DNA of 64,000 nucleotides. Origin: Mytilus californianus (Eukaryota). The position numbers and the translations under genes are program-made. Location: NCBI RefSeq assembly GCF_021869535.1, contig NW_026262672.1, positions 3,906,001 to 3,970,000 on the forward strand, read 5' to 3'. The notes beneath the pieces are model-generated. The model was not told the DNA's origin. It searched no databases and saw only the letters and a program-made list of their open reading frames with translations. Below are positions 38,888 through 51,329 of this stretch, one piece after another. Each line of letters begins with the position of its first letter. Positions within the stretch are counted from its first letter, which is position 1.

Positions 38888-39247
38888 ATTGATTGATTGA
38901 TTGTTGGTTGCTGAACGTCCAGTGGCAAATATTTCATGCATGTTCAGGACGAGAACAAATTAACAATAAATACAATAGGTAGGTCCGGTAATAGAGGTCA
39001 ACTGGGTTGCAGGTCGGGGAAAGTTTGGACTGCCACGGGCAAATTAGGGTATATTGGAAAGGGACAGACATTTTGCCTTGCAAAAGGCCACCTACGGACC
39101 CCTCAAAGAGTTGTTGCAAGAGTTCTTAACGTGCAGAGAGCGTGACACTCTCTCTACACGAGGCATCGGATTTATCGTCCCCATTCTGACCGGATGTGGC
39201 TACGTACTTGGTTTTACTGCCGGTCTATTCCCCAGTTACCCTTGGGG
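38888..39247 (-). mobile_element. SINE-A copy 8 (older variant, internal deletions)
   Basis: TSD AACAAAGGAAGA at 38877-38888 and 39250-39261. Confidence 0.92.
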
Positions 39248-39604
39248 TTAACAAAGGAAGAAAAGCTAATGCAAAACATAAAGATTAGCCGGTAGTAGAT
39301 AGGCTGTCATATGTCTTTTTGACAAAAACAATATTAGAAAACTTTCTAAATAATGAAAAAGATATCATTGCAAAATTTTCAAAAAGTAATCCGCCTTATA
39401 AATACATGCACAAAGAAATAAAATATTTTGTATAGTTAAGATTGGATGTCTTAGTAAAATGGGGTCTTTCATTTTGGTCCATTCGGTTTGCTTGTCAATA
39501 TTTTCCGATTGATTTGATGGCACTTGAATGGTAGACAATTTTATTTACTTCATTGAAATTTATTGTAAACGGTTTTAGTCATGTTAGAAAAATAAAACCT
39601 TTTT

Positions 39605-40031
39605 TGATTGATTGATTGATTGTTGGTTGCTTAACGTCCAGTGGCAAATATTTCATGCATATTCAGGACGAGAACAAGTTCACAATAAATACAATAGGTA
39701 GGTTCTGTAATAGATTAAGGGGTTAAGGTCGGAGAAATTTAGACTGCCACGGGAAATGAGGGTATATTGGATAGGGACAGAAATTTAGCCTTCCAACAGG
39801 TCACCTACGGACCCCTCAAAGAGTTGTTGCAAGGGTTCTTAACGTGCAAAGAGCGTGGCACTCTCTTTACACGAGGCATCGGATTTAACGTCCCCATTCT
39901 GACCGGACGTGGCTGCAAATTTGTACATCCCGCACAGCCAAACGGACGCCCCACTTAAGCACGGGTTTTACTGCCGGTCGGAGGAAGACCAATGGTGACC
40001 ATACTTCTATTCCCCAGTCACCCTTGGGGGG
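39605..40031 (-). mobile_element. SINE-A copy 9
   Basis: TSD AAAACCTTTTTTG on both flanks. Confidence 0.95.
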
Positions 40032-41494
40032 AAAACCTTTTTTGTATTCAGCATGAAACTAGAAGGGTTCGGTTGACAGTTTTCATGATTAAACGTTTTT
40101 TTCAAATTCCAGAATATTCATGAATAATTCAAGATCATGAAAGCAAGGTGAATTCATTGTAAAAAGGACTAGTTGTTAAGAATGCTCATTAAATATGATG
40201 ACACACCTTGATAATTCTTAGCTTTGTCTTTACTAAAGAACTGAAACTAAATTTAGCAAGAACGGACAAGGGTAAGCTGTATGTCCCCTCCGTCGCGGCA
40301 GGGGTATAGCTAATACCTTAATGAACATTAAGGTTTATTTTGGTTATATCTTTATATTTTCAAATTCTGGGAACAACAGAAGTGCTTGCATGCGCTCTAC
40401 ATAACAGGGTCCAAAAACTTTTGTAAACATTATCAGAATATAAGGGCTTGTTCGTAATGTTAAAACTGGCTCGTTTTTTTGGGGGGATTTTTTTTAATTG
40501 TTATGAATTTTGGTCCAAGTAAGCTGTTTTCCACAAAGACAAATAAGTCAGCAAAAAAAAAACCAATTCATATGGTTACCGGAAAGAAGTCATGGCCAGA
40601 TATAGTTACCCCGAAGAGATGAGTCTGACTCAAATAGGAGACGATTTGTCCTGGTCTAAGTCACACTCGTCGTCTAATGGATATGAAACTCGGAAGGAAC
40701 TTGCCAGGCTCTTGGGTCTTTTAAGCAGATAACAGGGAGAAAATGACCATGTTAACTTGACATCGGCCGGGACAATGTTGACAAATGGTAAGTTTAACTT
40801 TTGGCTTTTGTAGGAGTTGGTTGGGAATAGAGGAACGTATTGAAAAGGCAATTACACGCTATAATCACATTATTTTATATTTTTGGTCAGGAACATGTGA
40901 CATAAGTGCTAAATTTGGAAGATATACATTTGTATTGAAATTCGATCTACAAATTCTTCTGTAGTAGTTAGAGTCATTGAACAATATCACAAAGCAATAG
41001 GCATTGTAATTGTAAAGAAATATCCAAAATGAAGCAGAGATAAAATTTGTGGAATGCCCTACAATCTCATTTCATAAATGGAATACAATCATGGAAAATT
41101 TGATTCTGAATTCTTCGGAATTATTTAAATCAAGAAATCAGAATTTTAAATGGAACAGTTAAAAATTAATTCAGCATTTAACCAGTATTTCCTTGGAGTC
41201 TATGGGAAAATTGTTAAAAAATATTTCAAATGGTCACAACTTGAACACTAATTTAAATAATGATAAGGGGTCTTCAGTAATTATTGCAAGACTACACAGG
41301 GATGACCTGCTTTTAATTTAAGTACTGGACCAAATTAAACCAAACTTGGTCTCAATCATTATTGGGGTATCTAATACTAATTATTATGATTTTAACCTTA
41401 TTTTACATGATTTCCAAAACCACAGTAGATACAGGTGAGCGACACAGGCTCTTAAGAGCCTCTAGTCTCTTCTCTCTTTCTTCTTTCCAAATTT

Positions 41495-41930
41495 GCCCCC
41501 ACGGGCGACTGGGGAATAGAAGTATGGTCACCATTGGTCTCCCTCCGACCGGCAGTGAAACTCTTGCTAAAGTTGGGCGTCCGTTTGGATGTGCGGGATG
41601 TACAAATTTGCAGCCACGTCCGGTCAGAATGAGGACGTTAAATCCGATGCCTCGTGTAAAGAGAGTGCCACGCTCTTTGCACGTTAAGAACCCTTTCAAC
41701 AACTCTTTGAGGGGTCCGTAGGGGACCTGTTGCAAGGCTAAATTTCTATCCCTATCCAATATACCCTCGTTTCCCGTGGCAGTCTAAATTTCTCCGATCT
41801 TAATCCCGGTCGCCCCTATTACAGAACATACCTATTGTATTTATTGTTAATTTGTTCTATTGTTAATTCGTTCTCGTCCTGAATATGCATGAAATATTTG
41901 CCACTATAAGCAACCAACAATCAATCAATC
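41495..41930 (+). mobile_element. SINE-A copy 10
   Basis: TSD TCTTTCCAAATTT at 41482-41494 and 41929-41941. Confidence 0.95.
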
Positions 41931-42041
41931 TTTCCAAATTTTTATTTCGTTCAAAGACTTCGACCAGCTTTTTATGTTCAGCATCTTAAAAAACCCGAAA
42001 GAAGACCGAACGTTCCTCTTCGCTTGATGTTTCTTCAGCTT

Positions 42042-42588
42042 CTACTGCCTCTGTTTCACCATGTTACTGAAAATTCTGTTTGAAGATAATATCTGGTTCG
42101 GTTTGGACGGCCTGATCCCCTGCTTCGTTTGCTCAGTGCTATCTTTGGTTTTCTGATGTAATATCACTTGGTCATCCTTGTCTTGCTTCTTGTGTTCTTC
42201 TGTTGCTTGTCTTTTGTTAACCATTTCTTTAGCTTTGGTTTCCTGATGTAATATCAATAGGTCATCCTTGTCTTGCTTCTTGTGTTCTTCAGTTGCTTGT
42301 CTTTTGTTTACCATTTCTATAGCTTTGGTTTCCTGATGTAATATCATTTGGTCATCCTTGTCTTGCTTCTTGTGTTCTATTGCTTGTCTTTTGTTAACCA
42401 TTTCTTTAGCTTTGGTTTCCTGATGTAATATCATTTGGTCATCCTTGTCTTGCTTCTTGTGTTCTTCTATTGCTTGTCTTTTGTTAACCATTTCTTTAGC
42501 TTTGGTTTCCTGTTTTAATATCATTTGGTCATCCTGGTGTTGTCTCGAGTGGATAAATATCGTATCACACTTGATGCAGTGGTAGAAT
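42042..42588 (-). other. Exon-like frame with 4.3 tandem 90/87-bp (30/29-aa) charged repeats
   Basis: AG acceptor at ~42589, FYHCIKCDTIFIHSRQH then (MILHQETKAKEMVNKRQAIEEHKKQDKDDQ)n with no stop through the array (42143-42536). Confidence 0.55.
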
Positions 42589-43764
42589 CTATATATACAT
42601 GTATATGTACTAATTAAATTTTACAAGTTATTTTATATACCCCACAAAAAAAAATCCCTTTCTCTGAAGAAATACATGCATGTAGAAGGTTATACTCTAA
42701 CCAATTCAAACAGAAATAAAATCTGAATGTGTTTATTTTTTTTCAGAAAGAAATTATTTCTTTTCTTTTATAATTAAATAACCTGTATAACAGAATAATT
42801 TACAGATTTGATAGTAAACTGTTAACAATGTTTACTACATGTATATGTATCAGAATAATTGATCCTTTGCATTGTTTATATGTTTTTCTACTTTTACACA
42901 ATATGTTTTTCTACTTTTACAGGGTAACATCAACTCCAAAACCAGACTACAGACAAAAAAAATGAGTTGCACAACTATGCAAGCAGCACTTCAAAGAAAA
43001 CCAACTGTAAGAAAACTTGCACCAGAAAAGAAATTAATGCCTTACACACAAAACTATTTGAACAATCAGAAATCTGTTACATTTTGTCATCAGAGGAATT
43101 AAGAACCATTATTTCAGTATTGCTAACTAGATCACGAAATAGTTTAGTTAACTGCATACTACAATTCCCTGAAATTAAAACCCTTGTGAAAGAAGAGATA
43201 GGGGCTGAGACCTATTGCTATCAGTCTTGAACCGAACGGTGGTCCGGATTAGTTATAGTGTCCTCACTGGAAGCAGAAGAGCAGGTAGGTCAGGAAGTTC
43301 CTCTGACCGACAAACATGGTATATCAGAAGTACATCTAGAAGCCAAGCTGGCAGGAGAACAATTGACAGAACAGAAAGCTGAAGGCTTGAAGTCTCTCCC
43401 CAAGCTGAGGAGTCAGTAAAGACCGAACCAAATTAGTACATGTGTCAAAGGAGCCGTACTCCCGAACGACCTGGCTGACAAGTCAATGAGACTAGCAATG
43501 TACCGCGAGGGGTGCTCAGTGCCTCGTTTGATATATGCCCTCCTCTCATAATATGGTTTCAGCTTTTATGTTTTCCTCTAAGTCCAAGTTGGTACCCTCT
43601 TACAAATAATGGGTTTCTAACCAGATTAAAACAGTTTTTAAAATCTCTTCGATATGACATTTCTACATGTAAGTACTCGAGTCAGAATGTTGCGTCTCTT
43701 CAGAAATGATTCAGACACAGGGGGATTGGAATATGATGCATACAAAAGTTATTGTAGACCCCAT

Positions 43765-43980
43765 TTACGCCCAGCTATCCGAAAACATCCTGCTTACCGG
43801 TCCAATATACTTCTGAATCAACGGAATGAGAACATCAGCACCTCTACTGGATAAATAACTATTTTGTTGGAACTTCCCTCAATTATACCAAAAATCCATA
43901 TACGGTTTTCCTTGGGCTTCCCTCTATTGTACTTTATCTACCAGACAAGTTCTCGTCCAGCTCTACATCACCTTGAAATC
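43765..43980 (-). pseudogene. Merlin/IS1595-like transposase fragment
   Basis: FQGDVELDENLSGR*KYNRGKPKENRIWIFGIIEG...GADVLIPLIQKYIGPVSRMFSDSWA* matches the VEIDE, KYNRG, WVFG and SDxW motifs. Confidence 0.75.
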
Positions 43981-44635
43981 AGGGAATATATGCATTGTCA
44001 CATCATAGTATAACTGTTTTTTAAATGTTTTAAACTCATAATATGCTGTTGTCAATTGTATCATGTATACACATTTATGTAAAGCCAAACTCATTAAACT
44101 AAAGTATAAGTTGATACATGTCCTCATACAACAAGTAAGATTTTATAAAAGGTTGGTAGGTAGTCAACTTGTGCCCCATAAATCTATGAATCTGTGAATT
44201 TTTTCTATTCACGAATACTTCTTTTTTGCCTATCATTCATGGTAATGTATCAAAGTCGAATTTTTACATACATGTGTGTTGAATAGAGAAATCAAAATTC
44301 ATTGGTATACATGATACATGTATAATCAACACATGCATCACATATTTTATTTGGTTGTGTTTTCATTGTTTATGATTTTACCATATGTACAAATATATAT
44401 GCTACTTGTGAAGATATCACATTATTTTATGTTTTATTCAATTAAATTATGTTTCTTAATTGTCTTTCTCTGTTAAAACTGAAATAAAACACTTTTGTGA
44501 ACATTTTATGTGAGAAAGTAGATATGTGTTTGCAAATTATGATGGAAATTGGAAATTACTGATAAATGGCCAAAATTACTGAAAAATCCAATAAGGATTA
44601 CTGAAGTTAACAAAACGGGGTAAACACCTCTGCAA

Positions 44636-45445
44636 TATAGGTTGCACTTCTGTAAAAACTGTGCCACTTTTACTTTGAAGTTTCTTAAAAAAATATGTCC
44701 TAGAATGGATTGATATGCACTACTTTTTCATTCAAAGGTCAAAACATAGGGCTGTGCGGCACATTTTTACATTTATATGCCCCAAACTTCTACTAAAATT
44801 CTGTACTAGCCCTCCCTTCACGTTTGGTCTTCCTCAGAATTTAATTTCGCCGCTATCCATGTGAATTTATACTGGTAACATTTCCAAGTTATGTCTCTAT
44901 GAGATGAAACACAGAGCTCATATCTAGGAACCAGTACGTTGACAAAACAACATATCTATGAATATTATTGATTGATTGATTGTTGGTTGCTTAACGTCCA
45001 GTGGCAAATATTTCATGCATATTCAGGACGAGAACAAATTAACAATAAATACAATAGGTAGGTTCTGTAATAGAGGCGTCCGGGATTAAGGTCGGAGAAA
45101 TTTAGACTGCCACGGGAAATGAGGGTATATTGGATAGGGTCAGAAATTTAGCCTTGCAAAAGGTCACCCTACGGACCCCTCAAAGAGTTGTTGCAAGGGT
45201 TCTTAACGTGCAAAGAGCGTGGCACTCTCTTTACACGAGGCATCGGATTTAACGTCCCCATTCTGAATGGACGTGGCTGCAAATTTGTACAGCCAAACGG
45301 ATGCCCCACTTTAGCAAGGGTTTTACTGCCGGTCGGAGGAAGACCAATGGTGCCCATACTTCTATTCCCCAGTCACCCTTGGGTTCTATGAATATCATAT
45401 ATCTCCGCAAAAAAAAGACGTGACTTGTAAAACAGCTGTTTCAAA
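44636..45445 (-). mobile_element. MITE family T copy 2, carrying SINE-A copy 11
   Basis: Starts TATAGGTTGCACTTCTGTAAA; reverse complement of 8785-9667; distal TIR degenerate. Confidence 0.8.
44966..45383 (-). mobile_element. SINE-A copy 11
   Basis: TSD TCTATGAATAT at 44955-44965 and 45385-45395. Confidence 0.95.
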
Positions 45446-46249
45446 ATAAACCATGAATAACTATGATGTGATAATGCAACTATTCTCTGATTTCATGATT
45501 GACAGGAACTATTCGGATCCAATACCGTTTTGTGTTTAAAATTTGTAAGTAATGACTCTTTAAGAGTAAGGTAAATAAGTTAGATCTGCCAGCAAAGTAT
45601 CATTTTTTTGTTTTGAATATATCGACTATTGTTAAATTGTTTTCCGTGTCTAAAATAATGACAGCTCTGCCTGAATTAGCAATTACATGGTAATTCTAGA
45701 ATTTGTTACTTTGATTTGTTCATAAATGTACATTGGTTGGCGATATATAACTTAAAATTACCTAGTTTCTTATGGTAATGAATTGTGCAGAAAAGCTTAC
45801 CTTGTAATTCTAAACAAGTTTGAACAAGCTTGTTTACTATCATGAATATGGGGAGTATCATTTGCCTCATATACAAGTTTCTTATTTTGTCTTTAGATCA
45901 TATAGATTCCTGATAGAGAATTTGCTGCAGAAATTTAAATCGTTAGAAATAGGAATTTGTGGCATATATCACCGTGTAGTGATCCACTATGAGAGCTGTT
46001 ATTGGACCATGTCAAATTGCCAAGACGGCTGGTTTAAATTCTTTAACTGACGGTTACAGTAGATGTTCCTTTATTGATTATTCACAGCTGTTTATAACCT
46101 GCTGTAAATCTTGGAAAGGACTTCATGTAAATAGAAAGGGAGATGTAATTTTGAAGATGACTCTAGAGAACTATTTAGCAGAGAGACCGGAGGGTGTTAC
46201 ATCCATGACTGCAACCTCACCATCTCACGTACAGGTACCTTGTGTAGAA

Positions 46250-46580
46250 TCTTTCTCACCAATGTGGTGTCCCTCAAGGCATTTCACTGGGTCCACTATT
46301 GGTTTTGACCTATGTCAATGATGTTCAAACTAGCATTTACTCAGATTGTAAAGTTTTGATATATGCAGATGATACTGCAAAAAATTTCGTTTCCCATATA
46401 GACCCTGGGGTCATCTCGCACAAATTATCGAGAAATCTGGAGTCATGCATTGTCCCTACATTTGAGAAAGACGCAGAGTATATTTTTTGGTCCTGGTCGA
46501 AAACTTTTGCTGTCTCCTGTAATGGTATTAATATTGAATCCAAAACTTTTGTAAAATATTTGGGAATAATAATTGATCAG
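46250..46580 (+). pseudogene. Internal CR1/L2-type reverse transcriptase fragment
   Basis: CGVPQGISLGPLLVLTYVNDV..CKVLIYADDTA...VKYLGIIIDQ. Confidence 0.85.
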
Positions 46581-47322
46581 TTTCATACAGCCTTAGACTC
46601 GTGCGGAAAGTGTTCCAACTTCTTGAATAAGTACATTTCTCTGACTCCTGCTAAGATTCAAGAATTGCATATGAATACAAAAGGACAGAGTGGCAGTGTG
46701 TTGTGGAAGGATGCCAGAAAAATACGCCTTACAGCTAGCAGTGCTAGCAAGGTTCCAATAAAGGAAACCACAGATTGCTCTGCTTTTATCAGAGAACATT
46801 TTACACGGTATGGTAATGAGCAAGAACCTATTGCGAAAAAATATTTACAGTCAGAGGGCCATAACGTTATTGATCACGGGATGTATGTGTCATTGACAAA
46901 ATATTGGCTATCAGCTAGTCCGGATGGCATAATGAATGGGGACACAATACTCGAACCTAAATGACCATTTCCTATTGCCAACAAATGGAATTGTTTAGAT
47001 GAACTAATTGCCAATATAAAATATGATGTAGAAAGAAATAGTGAGGGGATTTATGTATTGAAGAAAAAAGGAAGACGGGATATACTTTATGCAAAAAAAT
47101 ATAACAATGTTTTGTACCGGGTTACATAAAGCTAAAATTTTTATTTGGAGAAGTCCAGATGATAATATTCTTATAGATATAGCCTTTGATCAAGAGTATA
47201 TTCAACAACTAGTTAGCAGATTGAGGACTTTTTATTCTAATAAAATGCTAAACAGAATAGTCGATGAGATTGACAATGATCGTCTTGTACTAAGTAGAAT
47301 ATTTAGAAATTTTATGAAGTAA
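46581..47322 (+). pseudogene. YqaJ/lambda-exonuclease gene of an ISL2EU element
   Basis: TKGQSGSVLWKDARKIRLTASSA, RYGNEQEP, WLSASPDG, LEPK*P, then MFCTGLHKAKIFIW; YqaJ motifs with stop and frameshift. Confidence 0.85.
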
Positions 47323-48376
47323 TTAAAATTGCACAAGCTGATTAAATTATTTCTATTCTTTCATTTAAGTTTACTTAATTAGTTAAACCTTTCACATAGA
47401 TATAGGAAGATGTGGTATGAGTGCCAATGAGACAACTCTCCATCCAAGTGTACATTTTAAGTAGTGACACTTTCTTTTTTCAAATATGGCAAATATAAAC
47501 ACAAAACAAAATAATGTTGGATACAATTTGAAGTCAATAAGAACCGGTTTTGTGCATGTACATTTGAATCATTAAACAGTGACAAACAAATGTAAAGAAG
47601 AATAAAATTATGTTTTATTTTAAAAAAAGTAATCAGGTGTGGTGCATGTACATGTACAGGTGTGATTGCCAATAAGACAACTACAATATGTATCAACAAA
47701 AAAAGCAAAGGACAACAATGTTAACAACTATATGTCACCTAGGTAAACAGTCTTCAACAATGAGCCCCCACCCCACAGGGGAAAAAACATACTTTGAAAA
47801 ATAATTGTACTTGCTAAATGTTTTATTAACTGATGAATTGTCCTGCATTATACAACTAACATTATATCTAAATACATGTGTATTTGCATCTGAATGTGAA
47901 AAAAATAGTATGAAACTGACAAATTAATTGTTAAATGAAGTTTGCACATCTTGCGACGTTGTCAAAGGTATTTGGTAAATCTTGCATCAAATCTTTAAAG
48001 CAACGATGAAAGAAGCACGTGCTGATACATAAATATATATGTGTGGAAAAACAGTTTACAGAGATTGATCCAGAGACGGCATACATGAACCTTGCTTTTG
48101 GCCTCCCCCTTTTTTAACTATATATATTGAAAGAGAAACTCATTCATGCACTATTTAGTTTAGTAAATATCATGCCTACATTTGTAGATAAATGTATACA
48201 TGTTTCTGACTGGTATTACACCTGATGGTGATTGATTGTTTCTTAACGTCCAGTTGCAAATATCAATTGAATACATTATAAGATGTTTAGATTGATAACA
48301 AAATTGTATATATGATGAAATACATGTTAATTGTACACATGAGACCAAGTAAAAAAATACTATCTGAATAAAGAGC

Positions 48377-50225
48377 TTAAATTTCAGCAAATTCATCAGG
48401 TTCTCTTATTAAGTCTGTTCTTAAGTTCACAAGGGCTGAACATAAAAGAAGAATGTCATCAAAGTTTATCAATGAGGACACTGGAACAGTACTGCTTAGA
48501 ATTTTGAAAACTTTAAGTCTACGAATCGCACGCTCCACATGAATTCTTACTCTTGCTATACGCCTGGTTGTTGTTAAATCCTCATTACTAAGTTGTGGTT
48601 TGCATTTTGTAAAGGCTGGAATATTTGGTTTGACTCTCAGTGGTAAAAATAAATCATCAATTGTGAAACCCCTATCTGCCATCACCTCGTCTCCAATGCC
48701 AACAAGATATTTTGCAGTGTTATGCTTGTAGTTACTATATGTCTCTGACCTACTCTTCAGATTCGTTGGTCTCTGTATAAATGTCTCAGCACAATCAATT
48801 ATCACAGTTGTACGAGGATATATTTCCCGAAAAGATTCGGGAATACCAGCTCGAATTGTCTCTCATGGAAGCCAAACAACCAAGCCTTTAAGTTTTTCAG
48901 CAAGAACTGGCATCCAAGAATTACATAATTTACATGCCAAACTTTTTGAAATACCAAAGCGACGTCCTAAATCATCAAGTATCAAATAAAGTTTTAACCT
49001 CATCAGTACAAGCAACAGCTGATCTGCAATATCCAGTTGAAAATTGAATTGATTGTCTACACGAACTAATTCCACTTAAGTAAAAAAAAAAACTTCCTTG
49101 GTTACACCAGTATATAATAAAGCGTCACAATGTTCGTATTTGCTGACATGGTCCCCCCTTCTATTTTACTCTGAACACTTTTCTCCTCTGTCAATAAAAG
49201 TTTTGTCTGAGTTGATGTTGTCTGCATGTCTGACCATTTTTCAGCATAGGGGTGGCCGTCATAAATAAGAAAGTCCGTCTTATCATACTGGGTAGATTCG
49301 GTAACAGTTTCAGGATAAGCTACATTAAAACTACATGTAGCCTCGGGATACGTTTCATTGTCATTATTTACAAAAATGTCTAGAGCTTCAAAAACCAGTA
49401 GAGTCAGATACATTATCGTCATCAGAATCATTCTCACAATTTAATTTCAGCTTTTTCACAGCCGCCCCCAAGGGTGACTGGGGAATAGAAGTATGGTCAC
49501 CATTGGTCTTCCTCTGACCGGCAGTAAAACCCTTGCTAAAGTGGGGCGTCCGTTTGGCTGTGCGGGATGTACAACTTTGCAGCCACGTCCGGTCAGAATG
49601 GGGACGTTAAATCCGATGCCTCGTGTAAAGAGAGTGCCACGCTCTTTGCACGTTAAGAACCCTTGCAACAACTCTTTGAGGGGTCCGAAGGTGACCTGTT
49701 GCAAGGCTAAATTTCTGTCCCTATCCAATATACCCTCATTTCCCGTGGCAGTCTAAATTTCTCCGACCTTAATCCCGGACGCCTCTATTACAGAACCTAC
49801 TTTTGTATTTATTGTTAATTTGTTCTCGTCCTGAATATGCATGAACCATTTGCCACTGGACGTTAAGCAACCAACAATCAATCAATCAATTTTCACAGCC
49901 CTTTCACGACGTTCCAACTTGCGTCTGCCGGGTGTAACTTTACTGTCATAATCAAGTTTTAATTTGGGAAACGGATTTCTTTTTGTCGATGCACCATCAA
50001 GAAAATGTTCGGAACATACATAAACATGTTTTGGTAAAGTTTTTCTGTTAATAACTTTGATCAACTCGAGTTTTGTTAATTCGTTAGAAGGCATCAAATG
50101 AAACTTGTATGGGATTAAACAAGGACAGTCATTGTGCAACTCGTTGTGTAATTCACACATTGATTTTTCCACATCTGAAGTTTTCTACGATTATTTGTAC
50201 TATTAACTGCACAAGAATTGCTCCA
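48377..50225 (-). pseudogene. ISL2EU/Harbinger-like transposase (THAP, HTH, DDE), internal deletion and SINE insertion
   Basis: SCAVN...YVCSEHFLDG (THAP); DQLLLVLMRLKL..DLGRRFGISKS (HTH); IIDCAETFIQRP, YSNYKHNTAKYLVGI|GDEVMADRGF, RIARVRIHVERAIRRLKVFKIL (DDE). Convergent with the YqaJ gene, as known for ISL2EU. Confidence 0.88.
49464..49889 (+). mobile_element. SINE-A copy 12, inside the ISL2EU transposase
   Basis: TSD TTTTCACAGCC at 49453-49463 and 49890-49900. Confidence 0.95.
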
Positions 50226-50498
50226 CCTTTTTTAATAACTTTCGACGCTATCCATAGTAAAACAAATAGAAAAAATGAAAGAAATACAAATGTAAACAAA
50301 AAATCGATAATGTTTTGATCAATGCACGTGCGTTATTTTTCACGGTTGTACTGGCTGACCGGTCACGTGAGAGGTTAATGGATGCGCCCATGTTTTCTAG
50401 GTCAGTTGTAAATAAACCCGTCATTAGAGGCACAAATATGTGTATCATGACTAAATCGAAAGCTTATATACGCATGCCTGTACCTTTACTTCAATTAT

Positions 50499-50867
50499 CT
50501 AGCAACGACAATACCATTTACTTGAGGATTGGCAACGACAAAATTATGTACTTGAGAACGTCAAAATGATTAATCTGAGCACTAACAACGACAAAATAAT
50601 TTACCTGCAGGAGTCTTACTGCTAATTAGGTCATAAACAGAGTCCTTCATCTCCTATTTGACACAAGAAGGTACAAATATACTTGTGAAACATGACAACA
50701 ATGAAAATATTAGCCATGCCTTGCCGCACAGGTAAAAGCAATTAATTTGTCGTTGTAAGTACTTAAGTAAATTATTTTGACGTTGCTAGCATTGAAGATT
50801 TTGTCGTTGCTGGTTTTCAAGGTTGCTAGCAGACAAGTAATAATCTTGTCATTGTTAGTGGACTAGA
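50499..50867. repeat. MITE-like unit with inverted arms of ~28-bp subterminal repeats
   Basis: About four AACGACAAAATAATTTAC-type units facing reversed copies across a ~100-bp spacer; partial relative at 59795-59900. Confidence 0.75.
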
Positions 50868-51329
50868 ATTATGCTAGATATGGCACAAAAGTGAAGCAAT
50901 TATTACATTGGATACACTGGCAACACAAAAGTACTGTTAAATACATATATTAAATACTTGCTCCCCTATTTATCATATCCGGTGCAGACTGTACAACCGA
51001 TTACTTATTGGAAAAGCAGATGAGGACAACTCCCTATACTACTAATGACATGTTTACTCTATAAATGTATCTGCGTGACAGAGATGTTAAACAATGTTGC
51101 CACACAGTATTAAAACATACATTGAACTATTATAAGTGGGTTAGGTTTATTTCCCTAAAACATATTATGATCCCCATTTTTTATGAAAAAAATATTTTGG
51201 TCAAGCAGATGACAAAAAAAATATATTCTGAATCCAGATTTCCCCATACCTTATAGTGGTAAATAAGTGAAAAAAAATTATAGATAGCGTTGAAAAGGTA
51301 AATAAATTGTTCGTGCTTTGCGCGAAAAA

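Noticed and set aside
49464-49550. HDV-like fold in the SINE-A head (GUC-UUCCUCC-GAC loop, GCUAA strand)
   Set aside because: No G25 in the loop, no proper P1 3' strand plus P1.1 between P3 and P4, and copy 15 lacks the would-be P1 5' strand. Twister core motifs are also absent.
50499-50867. CRISPR-like ~28-bp repeats
   Set aside because: Units abut without unique spacers, are arranged as inverted arms, and the context is eukaryotic with no cas genes.
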